The notes below the pieces were generated by a model that was not told the origin of the DNA, searched no databases, and was given only the letters and a program-made list of their open reading frames with translations. The translations under genes and the position numbers were made by a program. From contig NW_024055469.1 of NCBI RefSeq assembly GCF_902713615.1, positions 62,001-126,000 on the forward strand: a stretch of 64,000 nt of DNA, in the 5' to 3' direction. This DNA comes from Scyliorhinus canicula (lineage: Eukaryota). Below, piece by piece: positions 36,908 through 49,400 of the stretch (its first letter is position 1; the number at the start of each line of letters is the position of its first letter).

Positions 36908-38046
36908 GTGATTTCACTCCTAACACCACTTGAAAGATACAGAGTGAGGAATCATAACTTATCCGAAAAGAGGATTGAGCTCAGGAGTGATTTTAAAACA
37001 GTTTATTGGGAAGCAACAAACTTGAGTTAAATGGACAGAAATAGTGAACACTTATTTAGGTGAGGACGGTTTCTGGCTCCTGGAGAACAAACAGAAGGAT
37101 GGTGCCGAGTGAGTGTTGGTGTCCATGGCTGGTGGCTGCCGTCTCCTCTGAATGGTTCACTGGTGTCGGTGTCCATGGCTGGTGGCTGCAGCGTCCTCTG
37201 AACGGTTCACTGGTGTGAGTCAGATTTTGGTGTTTGGGTGAAGCCAATCACTTTGAAATCTTGTTCTTGAGAGCCTGGGTTAATTGCTACACACACAGTT
37301 GGGTTACGATTGGCTCATAATATCCAATTGTATCAGGGTTAAAAATGTCTTCTTTCTGGGGCTATGCTCAAGACATTGTCCTTGGCTGAGATAACAGGTC
37401 TGTCCTGTGTTTGTCAGTCAGCAAGTTGACATAGAAGCTTTCTTCAGAATGCAGAGGGAGAGCTATTTCTAGAATATTCCATAGATTTCTGATGATTTTA
37501 CATAGTCAATTTCTTACAATCTATTACTTGGATTGAACGTGTCTCCATTCCCGGTCTGAGGGGATTTCTGGACAAGATGGGAGATGGGAAGGATAACATT
37601 CTGGACTCTCAATTCTCCACCAATTCCCATTCCCTTTCTGGGCAATAACAGAGGCTTCACTGTGTGTAATGTACAAATCAGTGAGAATTGGCAGCAAGGG
37701 CTGATCAGCACTTTCTAATTGGAAATGTTAATCAGTGGAACAAATCAGACACTGAATTGCAGATTTTGTACCAAAGGTCATTTTGTGATTGAAGGAAAAG
37801 TCCAGAACCTTGTTGTGAACTAATTTCCAATGAGAGTTTCTGAATTATGGGGAAAGATCACAGATAGCGTTTCCAGAATTCTGCAGCCCCGAGAACACAA
37901 TCAGCTATAGATCCAGAATAATTAATTCCAGCTCAGTTAAACAGTGGATGAACATTAGCAGAAACAAACCCCATCTGTCAGAACAAATGTTATTCGGGCC
38001 TGGTTGTCAGTAACAGCGGCAATAACAGCAGAATCCAATCCCTGAG

Positions 38047-38880
38047 TCACTTGTGACGTCGCTGGTGTTTCAGCAATTGGGATGAATCAATGAACCCCTT
38101 CCCACACTCGGGGCAGGTGAACGGCCTCTCCCCAGTGTGAACCCGTTCATGTCTCAGCAGTTGGGATGAATCAGTGAATCCCTTCCCACACTCGGAGCAG
38201 GTGAATGGCCTTTCCCCAGTGTGAACTTGTTCATGTCTCAGCAACTGGCATGAATCAGTGAATCCCTTCCCACACTCGGAGCAGGTGAACGGCCTCTCCC
38301 CACTGTGAACCCGCTGGTGTAATGCTAGGTTAGATGACTGAGTGAATCCCCTCCCACACAAAGAGCAGGTGAATGGTCGCTCCCCTCTGTGAATTCGCTG
38401 GTGTACGATGAAGCTGCTAGAATGCCTGAAGCTCTTTCCACAGTCAGTGCAGCTGAATGGTTTCTCCCCAGTGTGAACTCGCTGGTGTTTCTGCAGGGTG
38501 GATGAAAGCCTAAAGCTCATTCCACAGTCAGTGCAGCTGAATGGTTTCTCCCCAGTGTGAATTCGCTCGTGTGACACTAGGTTGGATGAGTTAATGAATC
38601 CCTTCCCACACACAGAGCAGGTGAATGGCCTCTCCCCTGTGTGAACCCGCTTGTGTAATGCTAAGTGTGTTGACCGAGCAAATCCCTTCCCACACACAGA
38701 GCAGGTGAATGGCCTCTCCCCAGTATGAACCCGCTGGTGTATTGCTAAGTTTGATGACCGAGTGAATCCCTTCCCACACACGGAGCAGGTGAACGGTCTG
38801 TCCCCACTGTGAGTGCGTCAATGAGTTACCAGCTGGGAGGGGAAAGTGAATACCTCCCCACATTTCCACAGTTTCTCCAT
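38047..38880 (-). pseudogene. C2H2 ZNF locus (class B): finger 1 disabled, 9 intact fingers downstream
   Basis: ATG at 38880 (MEKLWKC), in-frame deletion, TGA 38818-38820, then open to 38047. Leader acceptor at 39193/39194. Confidence 0.8.
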
Positions 38881-39842
38881 GGTGCCAGTGTCCTTGTGTC
38901 TCTCCACACAGAACAAGTGTACAGTTTCTTCCCAGAGCAATTAAGTTATATTTTTTCAAGCTGTGTAAGTGCTACAGTCAGTTTTCAGGGACACACATTC
39001 GGGTGTTAGTGTTTCTCGGTGTTCTTCCAGTCACACTGATATTTTAAATCTTTTTCCAAATGAGAACCTTCCTCTTTCCACATTCAGAAGCTGATGATAT
39101 TCAGGTCCTGAAGAATAGAGTTATTCTGTTGAATGTTGATCTGATGTTTTGTTTGAGATTTCCGATGGCAAATTCTCCTCACCTTCTAATATCCTGTAAA
39201 AGATGTTACAAAAGTCATCACTGTCAGTCCAGGATAGAAATTCTAAACAGACAATTTTAATTTCTCAGGCATATTTTTTCCTCTCTTGTTCCACCAAAGC
39301 AGTAAATCCCCGCCCCACACACTCTCCCTCCTCCTTGGGATGAAATCGAAACCCATCTCACCATCGTCTTCGTTTCTTTCCTCAACTCCAAGTTTTCTCC
39401 CTCTCTCTCCTCTGCCTGAGTTCAGTTCTCCAAAACACCCTGAAAAAGGAATTTCTGTCAGTCCCAGATAGACATTCAGAAGAGACCAAAATTCTTCTTG
39501 GTTTCAGTTTGCTGCGTGCACATCTTTTCCCCTTCTCACCCTGTATAGGAGTTTCCAGAATCCATGTTAGTCAATGGCAGTGGTGGCGTTGTCACTGGAC
39601 TAATTAACCAGAGACCCAGTTCCAGAACAATGCTCTGTGGGGTTCCCAGGTTCAAATCCTGCCACTTCAGATGGTGAAATTTGAATTCAATAAAAATCTG
39701 GAATTAAAAGACTAATGGTGACCATGAAACCACTGATAATTGTTCTAAAAAAAAATCTGGTACACGAATGCCATTTAAGGAAGGAAATCTTCCATCTTTG
39801 TCTGGCCTATATGTGACTCCAGACCCACAGCAATATGGTTGA

Positions 39843-40180
39843 CATAGAACATAGAACAGTACAGCACAGAACAGGCCCTTCGGCCCTCTATGTTGTGCCG
39901 AGCAATGATCACCCTACTCAAACCCACGTATCCACCCTATACCCATAACCCAACAACCCCCCCCCCTTAACCTTACTTTTTAGGACACTACGGGCAATTT
40001 AGCATGGCCAGTCCACCTAACCCGCACATCTTTGGACTGTGGGAGGAAACCGGAGCACCCGGAGGAAACCCACGCACACACGGGGAGGACGTGCAGACTC
40101 CGCACAGACAGTGACCCAGCCGGGAATCGAACCTGGGACCCTGGAGCTGTGAAGCATTCATGCTAACCACCATGCTACCC
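39843..40180 (-). mobile_element. Young HE1-like V-SINE nested in a family-3 SINE
   Basis: Interrupts the + strand SINE at 39576-40265. Confidence 0.88.
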
Positions 40181-40324
40181 CTTTAAATGCCCCCCCCCAA
40201 AGGCAATTAGGGACGGGCAATAAATGCTGGCACAGACTGCGACGTCCACATGCCATCAACAAATTTAAAATATGTCCAGGAATCAATTCACAAATTTCTC
40301 TCTTTCTGATTTCTGAGCCTTAAT

Positions 40325-40860
40325 GGTGACGCATGCGCCCTCATGTACATCGTTCAATAGAAAGATGGCGAATGCGCATGCGCCTTTCTGATGGCCCCCA
40401 GACAATGGCAGCCGTTACCTGGGATACTCAGCAGGAAAGGTCGCTCAGCCGCAAGCACGGGTCTACTAACTGTTTATTCTGGCTTTCAATCTTCCACGAA
40501 GCGGTTATGAATTCTCTCAGATTATTCTGCAGACTTCATTCCTCCCACTTACTCAGCGGCGGCATTATCCAAAGCGCTGGCGATCATCTCCCATCCACTC
40601 TGTCCAGTTCCAGCATCAGCACTGCGCATGCTCGTCACAGCTGCGCGCTGCATGGAAGTCCCCACGAAGAGGTGCAGGGGGCGGGGCAACTATGGGGCGG
40701 GGCCGCTGTCTGCGGGGGGCGGGGCTCCTGGCTCCGAGTGGCGACGCCACTGTCTCAGAGGGGCGGGGCTCCTATCTCCGAGTACCGGGCCTGCGCTCTG
40801 CAAGCCGCAGACGTCACCGCGGAACAGGGTGATTCCTATTGGCTGATTCAGGAAGGTTAC
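40325..40860. promoter_or_regulatory. CpG-rich promoter upstream of the minus-strand ZNF
   Basis: tgcgcatgcgc (~40373), aagatggcg (YY1-like, ~40362), four ggggcgggg GC boxes (40677-40770), attgg (~40838). Confidence 0.7.
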
Positions 40861-41224
40861 ATTCTGACGCCACAATATGGAAATTGTATCGGAGGAAATC
40901 CATTCTTGCCCCTTTTCCAAGTCACAGCAGCAGCTTAAAGTAAAACAGGTTTATTTCAAATCAGAAGCTTTTGAAGGAGCAGCGCTCTGAAAGCTTGTGA
41001 GTTAAAATAAACCTGTTGGACTGTTGTGAGACTTTTGACTTTGCCCACCCCAGTCCAGCAGAGGGATCTCCATATCATTTCTTTTCTCGTTCTGGGATAA
41101 ATTTGTGACTTACAGGAACGGAAGGGAAAGGAAGTGAATCCAGGGAGGGTGCAGACTCTGGAAAGGTTGGACAAGGGCTCTCCCTCTCTCTTAAAGACAA
41201 TGCCATTCAAGATTCTCTTCAGGT

Positions 41225-42172
41225 TAACGTGCAGGTTCAACGGGCAGTTAGGAAGGCAAATGCAATGTTAGCATTCATGTCGAGAGGGCCAGAATACAAG
41301 AGCAAGGATGTACTTCTGAGGCTGTACAAGGCTCTGGTCAGACAACATTTGGAATTTTGGACCCCGTATCGAAGGAACAATGTGCTGGCCTTGGGAAAGG
41401 GTCCACAGGAGGTTCACAAGAATGATCCCTGGAATGAAGAACTTGAGGACACTGGGTCTGTACTGGTTGGGAGTTCAGAAGGTTCAGGGGGGATCTTATT
41501 GAAACTTACAGGATATTGTGAGGCCTGGATAGAGTGGATGTGGAGAGGATGTTTCCACTTGTTGGAAAACTGGAACCAGAGGACACAATCTCAGACTAAA
41601 GGGACAATTCTTTAAAACAGAGATAGAACATAGAACATAGAACAGTACAGCACAGAACAGGCTCTTCGGCCCTCGATGTTGTGCCGAACAATGATCACCC
41701 CACTTAAACCCACGTAACCCGTATACCCATAACCCAACAATCCCCCCATTAACCTTACACTACGGGCAATTTAGCATGGCCAATCCACCTAACCCGCACA
41801 TCTTTGGACTGTGGGAGGAAACCGGAGCACCCGGAGGAAACCCACGCACACACGGGGAGGACGTGCAGACTCCACACAGACAGTGACCCAGCCGGGAATC
41901 GAACCTGGGACCCTGGAGCTGTGAAGCATTGATGCTAACCACCATGCTACCGTGAGGCCCCTCACGGTTGAATTTGAATGAGGTTGAATTTCTTCAGCCC
42001 GAGGGTGGTGAATCTGTGGCACTCTTTGCCGCAGAAGGCTGTGGAGGCCAAATCACTGAGTGTCTTTAAGACAGAGATAGATAGGATTCTTGATTAATAA
42101 GGGGATCAGTGGTTATGGGCAGAAGGGAGAAGATGGGGCGAGTGGCCTAATTCTGCTCCTATATCTTATGGT
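41225..42172 (+). mobile_element. CR1 3' fragment with nested HE1 SINE (41623-41960, -)
   Basis: QVQRAVRKANAMLAF...LYKALVRQHLE. Confidence 0.85.
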
Positions 42173-43489
42173 GTTAGATCCTGAGTTTTTATTTTCTACA
42201 ATAGGGGCTGTTTAGCACAGGGCTAAATCACTGGCGTTGAAAGCAGACCAAGCAGGCCAGCAGCACGGTCCAATTTGCGTAACAGCCTCCCTGAACAGGT
42301 GCCGGAATATTGCGACTAGGGGCTTTTCACAGTAACTTCATTTGAAGCCTATTTGTGACAATAAGTGATTTTCATTTCATTTCATTTTGTCAAATGCCTT
42401 CTGGAAATCTAAGGACAGTGCATTCACCTGTTCCCTTTTAGCCACAGTACATGTGACTCCATCAAATAACTGATAAATTGGTTAAACATGATTTGCCTTT
42501 CACAAAACCATGTAGACTCTGCCTGATTACCTTCAATTTTTCTAACATGTTCCCTATGACAGATGTTTAGTTAACTGGCCTGTTGTTTCCAGCTATCTGC
42601 CCCCCCCCCCCTTTTACTTTTTTTATTTTCCAATTTAATGGATTCATCCCTATATCGAGCAAATTTTGAAAAATGAAACGGGTGCATCAACTCTCTCATT
42701 ACCTGCTTCTTTCAAGATCTTATGGTGAAGTCGACCCGAATCCGGGGTTTTGTCGGCCTGCAGACTCAAACATTGCTCATTAACACTTCCCTGGTGATTG
42801 TAATTTTTCTGAGTTCCTCTGTCCCTTGCATTTGCTGATTTACAGATATTTCTGAAATGTTACTTGATTCCTCTACAGTGAAGACTGATGCAAATACCTG
42901 TTCAATTCAGCCCCACCTCAACCCATTTGTTTTCATTTCATTTTAACTGTCTTTTACCATTTCTTTCTTTCCTGCACCTTTCTCCTCTTTGCTTCCCCCT
43001 TCCCCTCCCCCCACACCTACAGATCATCCTCTGATGTTAGTTTCCCTGCTGTTTGACCTTTCACATCTTTTGTCCTCTCTGGGGACTGCCATTAGCACTC
43101 TTTCTCATTGGTATCTGTGGCCATTAGCACCCGGTTTCCCTGGGTTTCTGTGGCTATGACTTCAATTCTCACTCCACAGTCTAAATATTTCCCACTCTGT
43201 CTGTTAGCTTTGACAAAGAGTCATCGGACTCCCTACAGATGCTGCCAGAATTGCTGCGATTTTCCAGCATTTTCCCTTTTGTTTCAGATTCCAGCATCCG
43301 CAGTAATTTGCTTTTACCTGTTCAATTCATTTGTCATAACCTTACCTTCCATTGTTAATTTCCCAGATTGCTTGCGAGAGCATCAACACTCACTTGAAGA
43401 AAGAAGGAAGAAAGAAGAATTGAATTATTTTGTTGAATTGTCAATTCAACTGTCAATTGTCAATTGTCAATTGAATTATTGAATTGAAG

Positions 43490-43841
43490 GGGGCAGCAGG
43501 GTAGCATGGTGGTTAGCATAAATGCTTCACAGCTCCAGGGTCCCAGGTTCGATTCCCGGCTGGGTCACTGTCTGTGTGGAGTCTGCACGTCCTCCCCCTG
43601 TGTGCGTGGGTTTCCTCCGGGTGCTCCGGTTTCCTCCCACAGTCCAAAGATGTGCGGGTTAGGTGGATTGGCCATGCTAAATTGCCCGTAGTGTCCTAAT
43701 AAAAAGTAAGGTTAAGGGGGGGTTGTTGGGTTACGGGTATAGGGTGGATACGTGGGTTTGAGTAGGGTGATCATGGCTCGGCACAACATTGAGGGCCGAA
43801 GGGCCTGTTCTGTGCTGTACTGTTCTATGTTCTATGTTCTA
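43490..43841 (+). mobile_element. Young full-length HE1-like V-SINE
   Basis: Complete head, V-domain and CR1 tail ending (tgttcta)n. Confidence 0.9.
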
Positions 43842-44180
43842 TTTACTATCACAAATATCTATTGAAACTCTATCTGTCTTTATATTTCTAGCCAGCTTTC
43901 TCTGGTACTCTAATTATTTCCTCCTTATTAATATTTTTGTGTTTATATTTGATGCTTTATATTCTGCCCAATGTTCTGACCTGCTATCTGCCTTTGCGCT
44001 GTTGCATGCTTTGTAAAAAAACATTGATATGTCTTTAACTTTTTTAGTTAAAGACAGATGCTGTGTCCTCCCCTTGGAATTTTCCATTCTCATGAGAATG
44101 TATCTATTCTGTTTATACTGAAATATCTCTTTCAATGTCTGCTACTAAATCTCTATTGACCTGACACACAAGCTCATTTT

Positions 44181-44403
44181 TTTTTTAATTTTAGAGTACC
44201 GAATTCATTTTTTCCAATTAAGGGGCAATATAGCATGGCCAATCCACCTAGCCTGCACATTTATGGGTTGTGGGGGTGAAACCCACGCAAACACGGGGAG
44301 AATGTGCAAACTCCACACAGACAGCGACCCAGAGCCGGGATCGAACCTGGGATCTCAGTGCCGTGAGGCTGCAGTGCTAACCCACTGTGCCACCGTGCTG
44401 CCC
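44181..44403 (-). mobile_element. Poly(A)-tailed V-SINE inside a CR1 endonuclease fragment
   Basis: 14-bp TSD cacaagctcatttt (44167-44180, 44404-44417). The host minus strand encodes PGNSDHNMTEF. Confidence 0.88.
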
Positions 44404-45772
44404 CACAAGCTCATTTTAAAGTTCATTTTAGCTAGCTCTGCTTTGATGCCCTCATAATTGCTCTTATTTAAGCTTAACTTACTCGTCTTGGGCTCAATCT
44501 TCTTCCCCACAAACTGCATGTCAAATTCAGTCATATTATGATCACTGTTACCTGGGGATGCCTTCACCATGAGGTTATCAATTAATCTTTGTTGCACAAT
44601 ACCCAGCCTGGTGTTACCTGACCTCTGGTTGGCTCCAAAATGTGCTGATTGTAGAAACTATCACAAGAACATTGTGAACTCCTCACCTATGCTACCTTCG
44701 ACCATCTGATTTTTCCAGTTTATAAGTGTACTAAAATCCCCCTTGATATCGCTGTACCTTTTCTGACAGACTCCCATTATCTCTTCCTTAACACTCTGTC
44801 CTACTGTGTCGTTACAATTAGGAGGCCTGCACACCACTCCCAGAAGTGAATTCTTGCCTTAACCATTTTTCATCTCAAACCAAACCACTCCTACATCCTG
44901 GTTTTCTGAGCTTAGATCATCCCTGTCTAATGTGCCAACAGTATCGATAATTAACAGAGCTGCTCTTCCAAAGTTTCCGAGTTTTCTGTCCTTCCTAAAT
45001 TTTACATACACTACAATATTCAGCTCACCACCACCTTTTGAAGGGAAATGGGTGATGGACAATAAATGTTGGACTGGCCAGCGACACCCACATGCCACGA
45101 ATGAATATAAAACAATTCAGGCCCCAATCTATTTCTCTGAATGGCCATCAGATCATACTTACTTATTTCTATAGGTGCTGCCAATTCATCAGTTTTGTTT
45201 CAAATGCTACTTGTGTTTTGCTGCAGAGCCTTTGGTTTTGTTCTTTTATTATTTTTGTAACGTTTATCTGATGTAATTTTAAATGTGTTCTCTCCGTCTC
45301 TTCCTGCCACAGTCTGTTTATCATTTCCCATATTCTTACCTTTCTCTCTGGTCTTACTCTTTACTTTACCATATCATACAGAACAAATCAGAAAAGACAC
45401 AACAATGGAACAATCGGTAACAGTTCATCAATCAGTCTCCTCCTATCTGAAAATGAAAATTGCTTATTGTCACAAGTAGGCTTCAAATTAAGTTACTGTG
45501 AAAAACCCCTAGTCGCCACATTCTGGCGCCTGTTCGGGGAGGCTGGTACAGGAATTGAACCGTGCTGCTGGCCTGCCTTGATCTGCTTTCAAAGCCAGCG
45601 ATGTAGCCCTGTGCTAAACCAGCCCCGATCTTAGAGAAATCAAGGACTGGAACACTGTTGTTAACACAAGGCTAATTTTATTAATCTATATCCAGAATAT
45701 TAAACTTCAGCTGAGTCACAGGAATGATTAACATCAACTGAAACAAACTCCAACTGTTAGAATGAACACGGC

Positions 45773-46769
45773 TCAGTCCTGGATGTGATTAACAGCAGCA
45801 ATAACAGAATCCAACCTCTTGTGAACTCGCTGGTGTTTCTGCAGGGTGAATGAATGAGTGAATCCTTTCCCACACACAGAGCAGATGAATAATATCTCCC
45901 TGGTGTGAATGCGCTGGTGTTTCTGCCGGAGGGAATGCTGAGTGAATCGCTTCCCACACACGGAGCAGCTGAACGGCCTCTCTCCAGTGTGACTGCGCTG
46001 GTGAATCAGCAGATCCATTTTGCCTTTAAAGCTCTTCTCACAGGCGGAACATTTAAAAGGTCTCATGTCAGAGTGAACACGTTGGTGTGAGGCGAGTTGG
46101 GCAGACTGAGTGAATCCCTTCCCACATTCAGAGCAGATGAACTGTCTCACCCCAGTGTGAATGCGCTGGTGTCTCAGCAGGGTGGATGACTGAGCGAATC
46201 CCTTCCCAAACAACAGAGCAGGTGAATGGTCTCTCCCCAGTGTGAACCCGCTGATGGTCCAAAAGTTTGCATAACTGAGCGAATGTCACCCCACACTCAG
46301 GACAGGTGAATGGTTTCTCTCCAGTGTGAATTCTCTGGTGTGTCAGAAGGTTGGATAACTGAGCGAATCCCTTCCCACATTCAGTGCACGTGAGTGGTTT
46401 CTCCCCGCTGTGCATTCGCTGGTGTGTCAAAAGGCTGGATAACTGAGCGAATCTCTTCCCACATTCAGAACAAGTGAACGGCCTCTCCCCAGTGTGAACA
46501 CGCTGGTGTGTCAGAGGATTAAATTTGTTTTTAAAGCTCTTCTCACAATCGGAACATTTAAAAGGTCTCATGTCAGAGTGAACAAGTTGGTGTGCAGTCA
46601 GATGTGTTAGTCGAGTGAATCCCTTTCCACACTCGGAACAGGTGAATGGTCTCTCCCCGGTGTGACTGCAGTGATGAGTTTCCAGCTCAGAAGGGTAACT
46701 GAATCCCTTCCCACATTCCCCACATTTCCACGGTTTCTCAATGGTGCCGGCACCCTTGTGTCTCTCCAT
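45773..46769 (-). pseudogene. C2H2 ZNF locus (class B, 11 fingers) with a frameshift in finger 7
   Basis: ORFs 46128-46769 and 45773-46213 join at tctgttgtttggg (~46210); ends [14 protein letters not shown]. Leader acceptor at 47096/47097. Confidence 0.8.
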
Positions 46770-47599
46770 TTTGGACGATCAGTTGAAGCTTCTTCCACAC
46801 ACAGAACATGTGTACAGCTTCTCCTCGCTGTGAATGGTGTGGTGTTTTCAAGGCTGTGTAACTGGTTGAAGCTCTTTCCACAGTCAGTTCACTGGAGCAC
46901 TCTCACTTGGGTGTGTGTGTGTCTTTGTGCTTTTCCAGTCACACTTAAGTTTGAAATCTTTTCCCACAGACAGAACAAACATTTCTCCTTCCACATTCAA
47001 AAGTTCATGACATTCAGATCCTCATCAAAGTGACTGTCAGATCTTGATTTGTTGCTTGATTTGAATTTCCAGTCTGTCGATCCATTCCTTGTAACCCTGT
47101 AAAATCAGTTTACAGGTCAGAAATTCAGAACAGATAATTCTAGTTTCTGGGGAATAATTGTTTCTCTCGTTTCCTAAAGCTGCAAATCCCAGTCCCACAC
47201 TTTCCCCTTCCCACACACTCACCACAATGGTTTCCAGGTCATTAATACTGAGTGCAGCTTTGAATTCCAGATTATCCCTTGAATTTAAATTCTACCATCT
47301 GCATTAACAAATCCATCTGTGTGAGTGCAGGATAGAAATCCCCCCCCCCCCATTCTCCCCTCCTGCTCCAGGATCAGTAAAGTGAGTTAAAGATAATTTC
47401 TCCTGAACAAATCCATTGCTGCATTTCCTTCCTGAAGCCACATTTGTCCACTGGGGCCTGGTACCGGGTGAAAGCGGCAGCTGCCGTTGTGTTGGGTGTT
47501 GAGGCGGTGCGGCTAGTTTGTTATTGGGGGTGTTGAGGCCCCCACTGGGTGTGTGAAGCCTCCCCTCCCACCCACTGCCCCTAACGCCTCCTCCGCTTA

Positions 47600-48090
47600 T
47601 CCGCCTCCTTCCCGCCTGAAGATGAGACAAACAAGCGTCTGTCCCTAGACCTGAGCCGCACTGCGCATGCCCCACATCACAATGCCTGGGGAGTGATTGA
47701 CAGCAGCTCCAGACCAATAGTAGGAGGGAGTGGGGCTGGAGGACCTAGAGGGGAGGTTGGTCCTCCAACCAATCGGAGTGAGTGAGGGTGGGTGGGACTT
47801 CGACTGAAGCATGCGCAGTGTGGGTAATGGCGACGGACAGAAGCTGTTATTTCGGATTCACAAAGGGTAAGAGGAATATTGTGGAACGCGGGAGCGGTGG
47901 ACCTGGCTGGTGGGTGGAGACGTTTTCTAAACATGTTGTGAAAGTCCATACCCGGAAAAATCACTTTCTAGTTCCCCCATTTCACGGAGCGGGGCCGCGA
48001 GGGTCCAGTGAACGGTTCGGTGTAACGACCGCCATCTTTACTCGGGACAATGAGCAACAGAGCGCATGTGCGGCCGCCATGTTTGTTGGG
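47600..48090. promoter_or_regulatory. Putative bidirectional promoter between divergent ZNF loci
   Basis: 47655-47830 is homologous to 4752-4940 (NRF1-like, two CCAAT, NRF1-like). YY1-like ccgccatctt (~48029) and ccgccatgtt (~48074). Confidence 0.7.
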
Positions 48091-48714
48091 GGCAACATTT
48101 TCAATGACTGGGAGAAGCTTGTTCCACATTGTTCAGAATGGAGACAGACTGGCCAGCAAACTGCATTAACCTTTGTCCTGGGTACTTGACCTCCCATTAC
48201 CCCGGTTTGCACAGACGCAGATATCTAATTGTTGATCAGAGTAGCAACAGAGAAGTAAAGAAACAAGCAAATTGTGCCCCATGGATCCCACTAACTCAAT
48301 GGATATCTGACCCCATGTGCGGCTCTGTTCAGTCACGCAGAGACCCATGTCAGGAGAACTTTAGCAGTCTTGCCTATGGCGCTGAGGATCTGTATCGATG
48401 CCGGCCCCAGGTCACTGTGGAGTTGCACATTCTTACCGTGTCTGTGTGGGTCTCGCCTCCACAACCCAAAGATGTTCAGGGTAGGTGGATTAGAACATAG
48501 AACGATACAGCGCAGTACAGGCCCTTCGGCCCACGATGTTGCACCAACATGGGAAGTCAAAAACTAAAGGCCATCTAACCTACACTATGCCATTATCATC
48601 CATGTGCTTATCCAATAAACTTTTATTGGATTGGTCACGCTAAATTTCCCAGGCTACATTGCCCCAGAATTGGAAAAAAAATTGGGCACTCTAAATTTAT
48701 TTTTTTCAAAAGAA

Positions 48715-49400
48715 AATCTTTTCCTACAGACAGAACAGACAAACATTTCTTCTTCCACATTCACAGGCCAATGATATTCAGGTCCTGATGAATGGAGTGA
48801 CTGTTAAATCTTGATGTGAAGTTTGATTTGAGTTTCCATCTGTAAATCCTCCCCTTGTAACATCCTGTAAAATAAATTTATAAAACTCATCACTAGGGGC
48901 AGGTACTGTGGCTCAGTCGTTAGCCGAGGACCCGGGTTCGATCCCGGCCCCGGGTCACTGTCTGTATGGAGTTTGCACATAATCCCCGTGTCTGTGTGGG
49001 ACTCAGCCCCAGAATCCAAAAAGATGCGCAGGGTCGGTGAATTGGCCTCGCTAAAATTACGCTTCAATTGGGAGAAAGAGAATTGGGTAATCTAAAAAAA
49101 AAAGGAAAAATTAAAAATAAGCAAAAGCCATAACTGCCAATCCAGGATAGAAATTCTGAACCGAGAATTCTAGTTTCTCCGGAACATTTTTCCCTGTCCC
49201 ACACACTCCCTCCTCCCTGGGCTGAAATCCAAACCCATCTCACCATCTCTTTCATCCACTCCCAGTCTGCCTGGGTTCAGTTCTCCAGCTCCTGCCTGCA
49301 GACTGACAATAAAACCAATGGGTCTTATTGGGGGCTTGGGGCCTCCAGCGGGTGTTTGTGAATCCTCCCCGCCCACCTGCCAGGGTTTCCTTCTTTACCA
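48715..49400 (-). pseudogene. Orphan ZNF intron/leader cassette (no finger array), split by a V-SINE
   Basis: 49140-49395 is the reverse complement of 12550-12860; leader exon at 48715-48864. Confidence 0.7.

Noticed and set aside
43415-43490. Low-complexity aattgtc/aattga quasi-palindromic run
   Set aside because: Probably slippage or untemplated synthesis at the 5' junction of the adjacent HE1 insertion.
43506-43691. Identical 61-aa ORFs ([17 protein letters not shown]...) at several loci
   Set aside because: Translations of young HE1 SINE copies, not genes.
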